Below, one piece after another: positions 8,178 through 19,143 of a stretch of 64,000 nucleotides of DNA; position 1 is the stretch's first letter; each line of letters opens with the position of its first letter. The notes under the pieces are model-generated. The model saw only the letters and a list, made by a program, of their open reading frames with translations. It was not told the DNA's origin and made no database searches. The position numbers and the translations under genes were made by a program. Source of the DNA: Candidatus Latescibacterota bacterium (GTDB lineage: Bacteria; Latescibacterota; UBA2968; GCA-2709665); assembly GCA_965116875.1 (NCBI GenBank), contig OZ220733.1, positions 3,104,001 through 3,168,000 on the forward strand, given 5' to 3'.

Positions 8178-11100
8178 CTATGGACCGATCACGAACACCA
8201 CGTCTTTCGCGGCCGTTTCACCGCTGTTCCGGTCTTCGATCGATACCTTCAACGTGTATCGTCCCGGAACCTGTTCATCCAGCGCGAGTTCGACGTATTC
8301 TTCTTCCTGTTTTGACGCGCCCGTCTGTTCGTACGTGACGGCCAGTTCCTCGCGTCGGCCGGTTCCCCAGCGGAACAGGCGCGAGATGTTCCCCTTCCGG
8401 CCGGGGGTGTCTCCGGACTTGATGGTATAGGACACGTTGTAGTTTGTCTGACCGAACGCGTCCTTGTCCAGATTGTAGATTTCGTAGTAGACGAACACGC
8501 TCTGGCCCTTCCTGTACGTCCGCGATGGCATTGGGACGACGGTCAGATCTCCCTTGGCAAACTTGCCGGTCCCTTTTGCCGCGCCAACCCGCCACGCCAG
8601 TTCCAGGTCGCTCATCTGCAGGAGGTCTTCTCCATATGACTCGACTTCAACCTGCTGCTGATAGATGCCCATTCGTCCTCTCATGCGGTCCTGCGACTTA
8701 ACCTCCAGCCGGTAGGCGCCGGGCGGCAGATCCAGTTTCAGGACGTCCGGCGCCATCAGGCCTTCGCCGGCCTGGTTTCCGGCGGCTTCGTAGGTCATCT
8801 CATCCGTCTGCCGGTAGACCGTGTCCCGAGAGGACGAAATGAGCGCCGCGTGGTGCGTCAGAACCTGCCGTGTGACGTCCTCCTCCGGCAGGTAGTGCGC
8901 CGGAAGAATTGGGACGCCGTAGTAAATTTCGAGGAGGCTGCGACCGTCCTCGCCCTTGAAGCCGGCCAGGGAATAGTGGAAATCGAGCGGCGGCGCCTCG
9001 AGTCTCGATGTATAGAAATCCGGCGTGACACGCGCTGCCCGCCGGTACACGGAATGGGGTGCGTGCCTGCTCAGGGACGCGGTCTGGCCGATTGAGATAT
9101 CGCCCTGGTTTGGCGGTACGGGAGCATAATCGTATGCCCCGGAACCAATCTCGTCGGTAAAGGTGATTTCAATGCCGCCGCCCGCATCCGTATAGATCCA
9201 TGTCTCCCAGGGTACAGTGCTCCGGTCTTCGCCCGAGGTGACCGGGTGATAGTCGCCGAATCCGAGGCTTTCGTCCAGCGACATGATGCCTAACTTCACG
9301 GAATCCATCGGCGCCGGCGGCGGCGTATCCGTACACTGTGTACAGCTCTCGCCCGTATGCTCGTGGTCGTCCAATCCGGCGTCCTGGGACTCAGGGCCCG
9401 TTGCGTCGGCGTTTTCGATCTGGATGTCTTTGAGTTCGTACCACGCGCCGTCGAGTTGCTTGAGGCTGCGTACGGGATAGACGGGTCCCACAAACGTGTG
9501 CGCGCGGACGTCGCCCTTGTAGATGCTATACGCCAGGCGCTCCTTGACACGCTGCACTTTCAGGCTCTGTTTGAAGTTGGGGTCGTCCGACCTTGACCGG
9601 TGATCGGGTTCCCCGAACCGGACGTAGACGTCTCCTCTCGCGTCCCACGGCTGTTTTCCCTTCGAAAAGTCCGTCAGCGCATGCCAGACCCTTCGGTAGT
9701 GTTCCAGCAGGCGTTCGTTCACGGGCGTGGAGAGATCCGGGTCCTTCCCGTTCCAGAATCGCTTTAGATACGCCTCACGATCCAGGCCCGGGGCGTCATC
9801 AAACGCCCGGAGTTCCTCACCGGAAGCGACAAGGGAAATATCTTCGTACAGTCGCCGCACTTCGGGCGCAAGTTTGGAGATGTAGTCTTCGAAGAACGCC
9901 ATCGCCATGTCCGGCTTTTCCTGTTCGATGGCGGAAATGGCGACGATGGGCATCAATTCGATGGCTTCGGGGTGCTTCCTGACGAAATCCAGCAGATGGT
10001 CCATAATCCTGGAATAATCTCTGACTTTCAGGTACGCAACGCCCAGCCGGCGCTGCGCGTCCGCGTCATCCGGGCGAAGCGCGAGATATTTCGTATACCA
10101 GACGACGGCCTTCTCGAATTCCCAGGACAGATTCAGATAGTAATCCGCAACCAGCAGGCAGGCGCCGGCGTGGCCTGGGTCCATCTTCAGGACTCTTTTT
10201 GCTTCCAGTTCCGCGTCGCGCTGTTTCATCGCAAAACGCACTCTAGCCATCTGATACCGCGCGTCCACGAAGTCGCGATCCCGGACCAGCGCCTCGGTAA
10301 AATGGTGAATCGCGAAGTGACGCTGCATCGGCCACGTCGCGTAGAGCATCCCAAGGCCATGGTGGCCCAGCGCCTTGCTTCCGAGGCTCAGGGCACGATG
10401 AAACGCGTCCTTCGATTCCTCGAATCGTCTCAATTTCATCAGAATGTGACCCAGCTTGACGTATGCGCCGGGGCCCCTCGGCCGTTGACGCGCAACGTTC
10501 CGGAAGATCAGGCGCGCTCGATCCGGATCATCCGCGTCCATGGCGCGGCGTCCACTGGCCGCCAGGCTGTCCACCCGTGCTGCGACCAGGCTTGATACGC
10601 TCGTGTGACCTCCGCCGCGACCGGCGACGCCGACGATCCGCTCGCCTCGGTGCCAGAAACACGCCAGGGCCGGCGATCCGGACAGTCCTTCGTGCCTATA
10701 AAGATAGTCACTGAGAAATCCGTAGTCCCGGTTGGCCGGGCAGGAGAACAGCACGCCGAGGATCGCTTTCCTGTCTTCCCGCTCGCTCCCATCCTGCGTG
10801 TCCGCAACGATTCTTTGCAACGTCCACTCGTGCAACTCCTGGAGGTCCGCGGGTTCGCTGCCGTCCCCGGCGCGCTTGAATTCCTCGATCAACCGCAGCA
10901 TCCCCGTCAGACGTTCCTGACAGTTGTGTCTGTCTGTCGTCCCCGCGTCAGCTTCGATCCAATTTCCGCAGTCCTCGATATACCGCGCGCAACTCTTCCT
11001 CGACAGTCCGAACTTCGGGGCCCCATCGTCAAGTTTCCTGAATGCGCGTCTGGCCTGCTCGAACAGCTTGTCCGCCTTCTCTTCGTTCCCTCGATGAACC

Positions 11101-11912
11101 GCGTTTCTGCCGCGTATGTACAGGTCGAGGCCGGCGCCGATCAGGGACAGGGCCGCATCTGCGCCGTCGGCCCCGCGCATTGCCGGGGAGGTCCGGGAAT
11201 GGTGAAATGACTCACGACCTCGTTTCCCGATCGTGGATATCTCTTTTTTGATATCTGTCTTTACAGCCTCTTCCGTGTCTGCGCGGACGCGGATCGATCC
11301 CGCTCCGTTTTCCATTCGGCACCCAACGGTCTTCCCATCCGTCGACCATTCTACGGGCCCCTCTACGCCGCCTGCGAACAGAAGCCTGACTCCACCCAGG
11401 TCATTCGCGATCCAGAGACCGCGGTCCGCCCTGGCAAAGGCGCTTCCACGGTACCCGACAATCGCCAATGACCTGCCATCGGGAGACACAGCGATTTCAA
11501 GAGATTGAAGGTCGCCCGGAAGCGGCCACGGCTCCTCTGCGCCTCCGTCCGGGTCCAACTTCCAGATTCTGTTCCTGGTAATCGGGAGCGACAGCCCCCC
11601 GTAGAAATACGACCCCCAGGCTTCCCGTCGCAGGCTTCGCTCCAGGTAGATCAACTCCTCCCCGCCAGGCGCGAAATGGAGGGTTCCGGGTTCGCCCGGA
11701 AAGGCCAACAGCTTCCTGGGACGCTCGTATTTCGCAGAAGCGAGCCAAATCTCGGACAGCGAAACCGCCCCTTCGCCGCGTTGGACGACATAGGCCAGTT
11801 GCGCGCCATCCGCCGATCTCACCGCATCGGATGCCCCGCGTGCGGACTCGAAAATTCCCAACATCGACAGGATGCACAACGCGCCTATGTACAGGTTCCT
11901 CGTCCGCTGCAT
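8178..11912 (-). CDS. Large secreted TPR and GWxTD-domain protein 1
   Basis: Signal peptide after GGAGG RBS; TolB-like short repeats; TPRs; FW..KDPD.STPVNERLLEHYRRV..A...F...PWDARGDVYVRFGEPD; Ig-like C-terminus (SDLELA, VYYEIYNL). Confidence 0.85.
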   Translation of the reverse strand: MQRTRNLYIGALCILSMLGIFESARGASDAVRSADGAQLAYVVQRGEGAVSLSEIWLASAKYERPRKLLAFPGEPGTLHFAPGGEELIYLERSLRREAWGSYFYGGLSLPITRNRIWKLDPDGGAEEPWPLPGDLQSLEIAVSPDGRSLAIVGYRGSAFARADRGLWIANDLGGVRLLFAGGVEGPVEWSTDGKTVGCRMENGAGSIRVRADTEEAVKTDIKKEISTIGKRGRESFHHSRTSPAMRGADGADAALSLIGAGLDLYIRGRNAVHRGNEEKADKLFEQARRAFRKLDDGAPKFGLSRKSCARYIEDCGNWIEADAGTTDRHNCQERLTGMLRLIEEFKRAGDGSEPADLQELHEWTLQRIVADTQDGSEREDRKAILGVLFSCPANRDYGFLSDYLYRHEGLSGSPALACFWHRGERIVGVAGRGGGHTSVSSLVAARVDSLAASGRRAMDADDPDRARLIFRNVARQRPRGPGAYVKLGHILMKLRRFEESKDAFHRALSLGSKALGHHGLGMLYATWPMQRHFAIHHFTEALVRDRDFVDARYQMARVRFAMKQRDAELEAKRVLKMDPGHAGACLLVADYYLNLSWEFEKAVVWYTKYLALRPDDADAQRRLGVAYLKVRDYSRIMDHLLDFVRKHPEAIELMPIVAISAIEQEKPDMAMAFFEDYISKLAPEVRRLYEDISLVASGEELRAFDDAPGLDREAYLKRFWNGKDPDLSTPVNERLLEHYRRVWHALTDFSKGKQPWDARGDVYVRFGEPDHRSRSDDPNFKQSLKVQRVKERLAYSIYKGDVRAHTFVGPVYPVRSLKQLDGAWYELKDIQIENADATGPESQDAGLDDHEHTGESCTQCTDTPPPAPMDSVKLGIMSLDESLGFGDYHPVTSGEDRSTVPWETWIYTDAGGGIEITFTDEIGSGAYDYAPVPPNQGDISIGQTASLSRHAPHSVYRRAARVTPDFYTSRLEAPPLDFHYSLAGFKGEDGRSLLEIYYGVPILPAHYLPEEDVTRQVLTHHAALISSSRDTVYRQTDEMTYEAAGNQAGEGLMAPDVLKLDLPPGAYRLEVKSQDRMRGRMGIYQQQVEVESYGEDLLQMSDLELAWRVGAAKGTGKFAKGDLTVVPMPSRTYRKGQSVFVYYEIYNLDKDAFGQTNYNVSYTIKSGDTPGRKGNISRLFRWGTGRREELAVTYEQTGASKQEEEYVELALDEQVPGRYTLKVSIEDRNSGETAAKDVVFVIGP

Positions 11913-12036
11913 CACAACACCTCCCGAGTCGCTTTCGACTCGATTCACGAAGGAGCGTCCGGGTCGGGCCTATCTGTTATTGCGGGATCATCGGTCTGTT
12001 GGCGGGCGGCCGGGCTCAGAATGGGTGGGGATAATT

Positions 12037-15000
12037 CTACTTCGCGAGGATAAAACTGGCCGTTTTCTGGGACATTTCACCGCTATTCATATCGATGACA
12101 GTCACGTTCAGGAAGTACTTGCCTGCGGGGCGGTTTTCCAGCTCGAGTTCCACGTATTCGACTTCCATGGCATCCTCGCCCACCATCTCGTACGTCACTT
12201 CCAGCTCTTCACGTTTGCCCTTCTTCCACCTTATCAGGCTGGTGATGATACCCAGGGGGCTGAAGCCGCCCTTCTTCGTGACGGTGTAGGATACCTGGTA
12301 GTTCGTCTGCCCGAAATCGTCCTTCGTCAGGTTATAGATTTCGTAGTAGACGAATACATTCTGACCCACCCGGTAGGTCCGCGTCGGCATCGGAATGACC
12401 CACAGCGTGCCTTTGTTGAATTTATCCTCGTCCTTGCGGTTGGATATCCGCCAGGCCAGTTCCAGGTCGCTCACCTGGAGGCTGTACCGGTCATAGGACT
12501 CGATTTCAATGTCCTGACGATACCGCCCGTGCTGAACGGACAGGTTATCCTTTATCTTCACTTCCATCCTGTAACGCCCGGGGGGCACGTCCATACGCGC
12601 GAGGTCCGGCACGAACGCGCTCCGTTCCGCGGTCACGTCCCCCTTGGCCGCGAATTGTACCTTGTCCTCGCTCCGGTACACAGCTCCGGTTTCCGGATTC
12701 CGCAGCGCCACGGTCCGGTCGACCATTATTTCCGTCCGGTCGCCATCTATCATATAGTGCCCCTGGTGCCGCGGTATCCCCACGTAGACTTCCAGCGCCG
12801 TCCGGAAATCCCTTTCGCTCCTGAAGTCAGCCGAGTTGAAATAGAATTCCATCGGCAGCGTGTTTTTCGGCCGCACGAAGTAGTTCGGCTGCGCCGCGGC
12901 GGCCATGAGGTAGATATTGCGGGGGCTGTAGCGGGTAAACATGGCCAGCCGGCGGGCGGGAATCCCGGCATCCAGCGGTTCAGGCGCATAGCTGTAGTTT
13001 CCGTTGCTGAACTCGTCGGTGAAGGTAATCTCGATGCCCCTGCCCACGTCCACGTACGTCCACGTTTCCCAGGGGACCATCGAGCCGTCGTACGTCGCGG
13101 TGACCGGTCTGTAGGATCCCCCCCGGCCCCTGCCGCGCAGGCTGCGCACGGGGTAGACCGGACCGACGAACGTTGAGCTGGCGCCACGAAGGCCGATTCC
13201 GCGGCGCGGCGGGCGCGCAGCCCCGTAGAGCGTCCTGGAAAGACGTTCCTTGACGCGCTGAACCGCCATGGATTGCTGGAAATTCAACTCTTTGGAGGTG
13301 GAGCGGTGGTCGGGTTCGCCGAAACGGATGTAGACTTCGCCGCGCTGGTCCCAGGGCTGCCTGCCATCGGAGAAATTCTGCATGGCGAACGACACCCGCC
13401 GATAATGCTCCAGGAGGCGCTCGTTGGCAGCCGTGGTCAGGTCCGGGTCCTGGTCTGCCCAGAACTTCTTCACAAAGTCCCATCGGTCTTCCGGCGGTGT
13501 CTGTTCGAAGGCCGCCAACGTCTCCTTGGGCGCAACCAGCCGGATATCGTGGTAGTGACCCTTCTCGGCGGCATCGGCCCCTTCGAGAAAGTCTCTGAAG
13601 AAGGCGGCAGCTCTATCGTAGGCCCCCAGTTTCATGCAGGCCTGGGCGAGGATGGGCAGGACCTGGTCGTCGTCCGGATTCTGTACGGCGTAGTCCTCCA
13701 GGACCTCCAGGATCCGGCCGTAGTCCTTCGTTCTCAGGTAGATCGATCCCAGCCGCTTCCGCCCTTCCGGGTCGCCGGGCCGCAAGCCCATATACTTCGC
13801 ATAGAAGAACGCGGCTTTCTCGTAGTCCTTCTCGAATTCCTCCACCCATTTCCCCATCAGCAGATAGGCGGGGGCGTAGCGGGGGTCGATTGCCAGTACT
13901 TTTTTGACTTCCCGCCGTACGTCGTGTTCGTCCAGCTTGTACCGGATATCGGCAATATTGAACCTGGCTTTCACGTGGTCCCGGTCGTACTGGAGGGCTT
14001 TCTGGAAATAGCGGATGGCGTCGTAATTTCCCCTGGGCCACTTGCGGAAGGTGAGACCCAGGCCGAAGTAGGCCTCGGCCAGCGTGTGGTCGCATTCGAT
14101 CGCGCGTTCGAATGACTTGACGGCGAGCTCCAGCCTCTCCGCCTCCAGATAGGCGAACCCGAGCCTGCTGTGCCCGCGGGCGTAGTCCTGAGCCACGCCA
14201 GCCAGGATTTCAAGGGTGGAGATTGCCCGGAGCGGCTCGAGCGGGGTGAGTTCAGTGCCGAGATTGAGGAGGGAATCGATCTGCGCCTTGCCCACGCGCC
14301 GGTCGATGGTCCGATATCCCGCGCTGCTGCGGACGGCTTCAACCAGGTAACCGTCGTGGAAGAAGCTGGTGACCACGGCTTCGCCGTCCTCCGCTTCGGG
14401 ACGGTATCCGTGCGTGTAGCTGTACCGGCGGCCTTTTTCGCGGTCCAACGCTGAGCGGAACAGCTTTTTTACGACGATGGAGTCGGCGGGCGTAAGGGTG
14501 TGGGTATCAATCCAGTTCCTGAGTGTCTCCAGGTCGGCCGGGCGCTGGTTTTCGTGTGCTTGTTCATAAGCATGTAGCGCATCGCCGATTACAGTCAGGT
14601 GGTCACGGCAGACCCAGCGGGCGCCTCGGGTCGCATCGGCTTCCCTGGCAGTTGCGGCCAGCGCCGCCGCGTAGGACAGGAGCGGCTCTTCGTAGAGTCC
14701 ATGTTTTTTGAATCTCAGAGGCAGCGCCGCCCACGACCGGGAGGCTTTACGATACCGGCCTACCGCCGAACGAAACTCCCAGCGGTGCACGGTGGTATAG
14801 GCCAGGGCCGAAGCGTTGAATACCGTCGCGACGCCCCACAGCACGGCCTTCGAGGCCGTACTCGGGCGCGGCGCGTTTCCGGCCTTCACAACCGGCGGCG
14901 TTACCGGTTTCCCCTCGAAGTCTACTTTCGAACGCGCGATCGATCCGTCCTGGACCGAGATCTCCCAGACACCGGGTGCGACCAGCGGTACGGACCTGTT

Positions 15001-15342
15001 TGGGAGCATGGTAAGCGTATGCAGGGGGACCCTTAAGGCGGTCTCCTGAAAGCGAAGACGTTCCCCGTGCGCAACCCACTCCAGTCGCCCTGGCGGGCCG
15101 GGAAAGGTGCCGAGGTGGCGAGGCTGGCTTCCCCGGGTTTCCACCCAGATTTCGGTAATGGCGGAGGAACCGGTCTCCAGCCCGATCGCCCAGGCGGTCT
15201 GCCCTCCGCTGGAAGCCGTTATCGCGGTCTGACGAACCTGTGCATCGAGATCCTCAAGAGGGCAGAACGCCGTGATGATCACGGCCGCAAACAAAGCCGA
15301 TCGCCACGGTTTCACACGCGCGGATTCAAGAACTGGTACCAT
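12037..15342 (-). CDS. Large secreted TPR and GWxTD-domain protein 2
   Basis: Same architecture as protein 1; FWADQDPDLTTAANERLLEHYRRVSFA...PWDQRGEVYIRFGEPD. Confidence 0.85.
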   Translation of the reverse strand: MVPVLESARVKPWRSALFAAVIITAFCPLEDLDAQVRQTAITASSGGQTAWAIGLETGSSAITEIWVETRGSQPRHLGTFPGPPGRLEWVAHGERLRFQETALRVPLHTLTMLPNRSVPLVAPGVWEISVQDGSIARSKVDFEGKPVTPPVVKAGNAPRPSTASKAVLWGVATVFNASALAYTTVHRWEFRSAVGRYRKASRSWAALPLRFKKHGLYEEPLLSYAAALAATAREADATRGARWVCRDHLTVIGDALHAYEQAHENQRPADLETLRNWIDTHTLTPADSIVVKKLFRSALDREKGRRYSYTHGYRPEAEDGEAVVTSFFHDGYLVEAVRSSAGYRTIDRRVGKAQIDSLLNLGTELTPLEPLRAISTLEILAGVAQDYARGHSRLGFAYLEAERLELAVKSFERAIECDHTLAEAYFGLGLTFRKWPRGNYDAIRYFQKALQYDRDHVKARFNIADIRYKLDEHDVRREVKKVLAIDPRYAPAYLLMGKWVEEFEKDYEKAAFFYAKYMGLRPGDPEGRKRLGSIYLRTKDYGRILEVLEDYAVQNPDDDQVLPILAQACMKLGAYDRAAAFFRDFLEGADAAEKGHYHDIRLVAPKETLAAFEQTPPEDRWDFVKKFWADQDPDLTTAANERLLEHYRRVSFAMQNFSDGRQPWDQRGEVYIRFGEPDHRSTSKELNFQQSMAVQRVKERLSRTLYGAARPPRRGIGLRGASSTFVGPVYPVRSLRGRGRGGSYRPVTATYDGSMVPWETWTYVDVGRGIEITFTDEFSNGNYSYAPEPLDAGIPARRLAMFTRYSPRNIYLMAAAAQPNYFVRPKNTLPMEFYFNSADFRSERDFRTALEVYVGIPRHQGHYMIDGDRTEIMVDRTVALRNPETGAVYRSEDKVQFAAKGDVTAERSAFVPDLARMDVPPGRYRMEVKIKDNLSVQHGRYRQDIEIESYDRYSLQVSDLELAWRISNRKDEDKFNKGTLWVIPMPTRTYRVGQNVFVYYEIYNLTKDDFGQTNYQVSYTVTKKGGFSPLGIITSLIRWKKGKREELEVTYEMVGEDAMEVEYVELELENRPAGKYFLNVTVIDMNSGEMSQKTASFILAK

Positions 15343-15599
15343 AACACCAACCTCGTCCGGACCGGAAGGTCGCGTTCAGTTCACTGCCTCTTCCCCACCG
15401 TACCCCGTTCCGATCCAGCATGTTATGCGATTTCAAGCGATAGAGCAAGCGCTTTGCGGACGGCGACCCCTCCCCCGCAGCACAGCGCATTGACGCGCTA
15501 CGGCGAATACACCAGCACTTCATCCGTCGAGACCAGATCCTTCAGTTATCCAGAGCGAGTCCAATTCGCCCCACATCAGTCCATGATCTACCAGTATCC

Positions 15600-15747
15600 G
15601 GAGCGAGGGCATCCTGCCCTCGAACTGGCGGTGAACCATCGATACCCACATCAAAGGCCAATTGCGTCCTTTCCATCCGAAACCGCTTCAGGAATGACCG
15701 CGCAAAGGAACCTCCTATTCACGTCGAGGGCAGGATGCCCTCGCTCC
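15600..15747. repeat. Inverted pair of 24-bp palindromic repeats (REPIN-like)
   Basis: GGAGCGAGGGCATCCTGCCCTCGA at 15600-15623 and its exact reverse complement at 15724-15747. Confidence 0.85.
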
Positions 15748-15863
15748 CGGGAAAGGAATTCGTGGCTACTTCGCCATTACCATCTGTTTGGCGTTAATCG
15801 CTATTGTGAAATGACCTCGTGTGCGTCGGGGTAGAGTGGGTTGCCTTCGGAATACCCGGATTC

Positions 15864-18299
15864 TCACTCAATCACGCGAAACAACGTATCGCGTGAAACT
15901 ACCTCATCGTTGTGAAAGTCTTTGACCGTTACCGACAACCTGTGCACACCGGCGGGCACGTGTGTCAGGTCGATCTGCAGATACGTGAAGTCGTCCACCC
16001 GGTCCCCCTCGTACCGCGCCGTGATCGTTGTTTCCACCCCCGCTTTGCTTCGGCCCTTCTTCCTGATCCGGCTGGCAAGTTCATCCGCTTTCGGAAACAC
16101 AAACCTCGCCCGGTACGTGACCTCATCCCTTTTCTGTGCGTCGAAATAGTCCGGGACTACCATTGGTGCCGTGACCGGCAATTCCTCTTGAGGCTCATTT
16201 TCCTCCTCGGTCACCCGCTCCGGCCGGCGCATGCCTGTTTCCACAGCCCTGATTTCGCGCGTGATCTGCAATCGCCTCCCGCCCTTGGGCAGCCGCTGCG
16301 CCAGGAACAGGTACGGGTCGATCTTCTTCTGCTCCGGCCGTCCTATTCGATAGGCAATTTGATACTCCGTGCGCCCGAATTCGTTCCGCTCCAGGTTATA
16401 CACTTCCAGGTAGATGAACGCGGCTTCGGATCGATGGTAGGTCCGAAGCGGATTTGCCAGGATGTCCAGGTCCGACCGCCCCTCAGGAAACGCCGTTCGA
16501 GTCTCGATCCGCGCGGCCAGCAACAAATCGCTCATAGACAGCGCAGAATCTACAGCTGCAAAGCCACGCTCCTCGCGGAATGTCCCGATTGATCCCGTCT
16601 TCCTGTCCCGCACCTCACCCACCAGATTGTAAGCGCCGGGAGAAAGCCCGAACGCGATCTGAAATACCAGATGACTCCTTCGCAGGCTGTCGGCAGCGGG
16701 ATATCCGCTCGGGGTGATCTCGGGCCACCGCAGCTTGAGGTCCGACCGCTTCCGGTACACCTCATCCCACTGCTCATCGAACAGAAAGACACCATTCTCC
16801 AGACCCATGCTCCTGTCCGAATCCGATACGGTCACGTTGTACCTGGGAAGCGCATACGCCAGTTCCACGCGGAGGCTGTTCCCGTCCCTGAAGCTCGCGA
16901 CTTGATGGGGCACCCTGTATTTCCGCGGACCATAGGGATCGACGTAACGCGTTCGATCAGGCAGACGAGACGGAGAGAAGCCGTGGAAGCCATCGGATAT
17001 CTGAAAATCGACCCGAAATCCCTCGTAGAACCACGTCTCTTTCTGCATCGCCAGCCTCCAGCGTATCCTCCCTCCCGGCAGGGATCTGCCGAACGTGCTT
17101 GGCCTGTCTATTGCAATGACCGAACCTGTTTCCGGCCGCTGCATCCGCCGGTGGAGATATCTTCCCAGTCTGATATAGACTCTTCCCATATCCGTCTGCC
17201 AACCCTCGATACCCTTCGAAGGCCGGCCGAACCGCAGATTTGCGTAGGCTACCCGGCCGTAATGCTCCATGCGACGTTCGTTGAATTCAGTCAGAAACAG
17301 CGGGTCCTGTCGCCGCCAGAACCGGACCCGCTCCGCGCTATCCTCCCAGCGTTGAGCCACGCCTCCGCCTGCCTCAGTGCGGGCGTAAACGTCTTGCAGC
17401 ATTGCACGGTCCCCATCCGGCACAATGCTGTCTACAGATTCCATCATCGCCCGCTCATCCGGCGCCATTCTCTGCAATGCCCGGGAATAGAATTCATGCG
17501 CCAGCGCTTCTTCGCCCAGCTTCTGGTACCCAAGCCCGCAAAAGAGCAACGCATCCTTGTCATCAGGGACCCGTTCCAACAGCAGGTTTGCCAGCTGGAT
17601 CAGTTCCTCCGGCCGGTTTGTCTCCAGGCATGCAAGCCCGAGTTGAAAATAGGCATCCTTGAACATCGGGTCTGCTTCAATGCAGGTCTTCAGATACGTG
17701 ACGGCTTCATCCAGTTCCTCAATGCCGAAATCTCTCCACGAATGTCTGGTGCGCGTATGTTCTCGCCGGCTGAATCCGGATACTATGTTCGTCATGGACA
17801 TATCGTAATTTTTCAGAAAGTTCTTGACGCCATGATGGCCGATCATGTAGGCTGCCTTCGAGTTTTCGGGATCCAGCTTCAGGACATTTTTATACTCCGC
17901 TACGGCATTGTGCCAGGATCCCTGCGTCCAAAGGAGATCCGCCTTTAAAACGCGGTAGGCGACATTGTCTGTATTCAAACGAATGGCCGTATTCACCGCG
18001 TTTATCGCAACATAGCGATCCATCGGCGTATCGAGGGACATATACAGCTTCGCGATTTCGTAGTGGGCAGGCGCAAAATCCGTGTCCGCCTTCAATACTC
18101 GCTCGAAGGCGTTTATACTTTCCTTAGCGGAGACACGACCGACCTGCTCCATCGCCGTCTCAAAGAGCCTTTCGGCACGCTGGTTATCGTCGGCGGCAAT
18201 CTGCGCTGTGAGAGCGAATCCAATGCAGAGTACCACTGACAACTGAGAACTCAATACTGCACGGCAACGCCCCAACTGGCGAACTATCAAAGATCGCAT
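15864..18299 (-). CDS. Secreted TPR and GWxTD-domain protein 3
   Basis: Canonical GWQTDMGRVYIRLG motif preceded by FWRRQDP...NERRMEHYGRVAYAN; N-terminal TPRs. Confidence 0.88.
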   Translation of the reverse strand: MRSLIVRQLGRCRAVLSSQLSVVLCIGFALTAQIAADDNQRAERLFETAMEQVGRVSAKESINAFERVLKADTDFAPAHYEIAKLYMSLDTPMDRYVAINAVNTAIRLNTDNVAYRVLKADLLWTQGSWHNAVAEYKNVLKLDPENSKAAYMIGHHGVKNFLKNYDMSMTNIVSGFSRREHTRTRHSWRDFGIEELDEAVTYLKTCIEADPMFKDAYFQLGLACLETNRPEELIQLANLLLERVPDDKDALLFCGLGYQKLGEEALAHEFYSRALQRMAPDERAMMESVDSIVPDGDRAMLQDVYARTEAGGGVAQRWEDSAERVRFWRRQDPLFLTEFNERRMEHYGRVAYANLRFGRPSKGIEGWQTDMGRVYIRLGRYLHRRMQRPETGSVIAIDRPSTFGRSLPGGRIRWRLAMQKETWFYEGFRVDFQISDGFHGFSPSRLPDRTRYVDPYGPRKYRVPHQVASFRDGNSLRVELAYALPRYNVTVSDSDRSMGLENGVFLFDEQWDEVYRKRSDLKLRWPEITPSGYPAADSLRRSHLVFQIAFGLSPGAYNLVGEVRDRKTGSIGTFREERGFAAVDSALSMSDLLLAARIETRTAFPEGRSDLDILANPLRTYHRSEAAFIYLEVYNLERNEFGRTEYQIAYRIGRPEQKKIDPYLFLAQRLPKGGRRLQITREIRAVETGMRRPERVTEEENEPQEELPVTAPMVVPDYFDAQKRDEVTYRARFVFPKADELASRIRKKGRSKAGVETTITARYEGDRVDDFTYLQIDLTHVPAGVHRLSVTVKDFHNDEVVSRDTLFRVIE

Positions 18300-18797
18300 A
18301 GAAAGACCTTTTATTCTCGCGTCGTGGACATTTAACCTTGATTCGTAAGTCTTCGGGGACGTTAATTCGAATATATGTTAGTAAATTAAGGCGATTAGAC
18401 GGCGGATTACCAGGATACACCAAGTCGCTGGACGTGAAGGGAAAGAACGTCCTTCTATACGTCGATAACGCCCCGTTTCGGAGGGTTTTATCGCGTCGCC
18501 GCGTTGCTGTTTTTTTCGGATTGAGGTTAAGCGAGGCTGATATCCAACGCCCGTCCTCCCCAAAAGACACTGATCATGCGCCATGGGTTCAAAAAAAAGC
18601 AAACGAAGAGAGTCCGGACAGCGCACCTTCCGGACTCAAATCTAGCCATAAACTGGTATGTTTTGACCCCTGGCTTCTCGCAAGCGCCGCGTCGCTGGCT
18701 GATATCCAGCCGCGTATTCCACCTGGCCCCAAGTCGTTATGCTCAGCCGCAGCCAATCAGCCAAGAGTGAACTCGCGAGACCGTTTGACGGTCGAAT

Positions 18798-18928
18798 TAC
18801 TCCCCCCTTGAGCGGGAGTCGCAGAAGCCGAGCCGGTCTCTTGAGCCTCCGGTCCCTGAGCTTGTCGAAGGGCCGAAGGATTGTCGAAGGGTGCCCCCCG
18901 GGCCGACGAAGGATCTGTTGTTGCATGT
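18798..18928. repeat. Cluster of short intergenic repeats (CCTGAGCTTGTCGAAGG type and GGCCGACGAAGGATCT type)
   Basis: TTGTCGAAGGG twice in tandem; GGCCGACGAAGGATCT shared with ~2880-2896. Confidence 0.55.
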
Positions 18929-19143
18929 GTAAATGTCCGAGGGGCAGGCATCCGGTCCGATTTGAAATGCGGCACAACCGCTCCCGCTTCGACTACGCGC
19001 AGAGTAACCGGGCGGCCGATCGTCAGTTCTCAATATCTCGTGTTCGACAAGCTGTTGCCGGAGACTCCGTCAAGTGTTTCGGGCAAATGGCGGCAGGACA
19101 GGGGGGCAGGCGCGTTTAAGGAGAGCCGATTTCGGGTCGTTCG

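Noticed and set aside
15343-15863. Small gene or pseudogene between GWxTD genes
   Set aside because: No convincing reading frame; the notable structure is the inverted repeat pair.
18338-19119. ORFs 18338..18811 and 18739..19119
   Set aside because: No recognisable motif or RBS; they span a likely promoter region and a cluster of short repeats.
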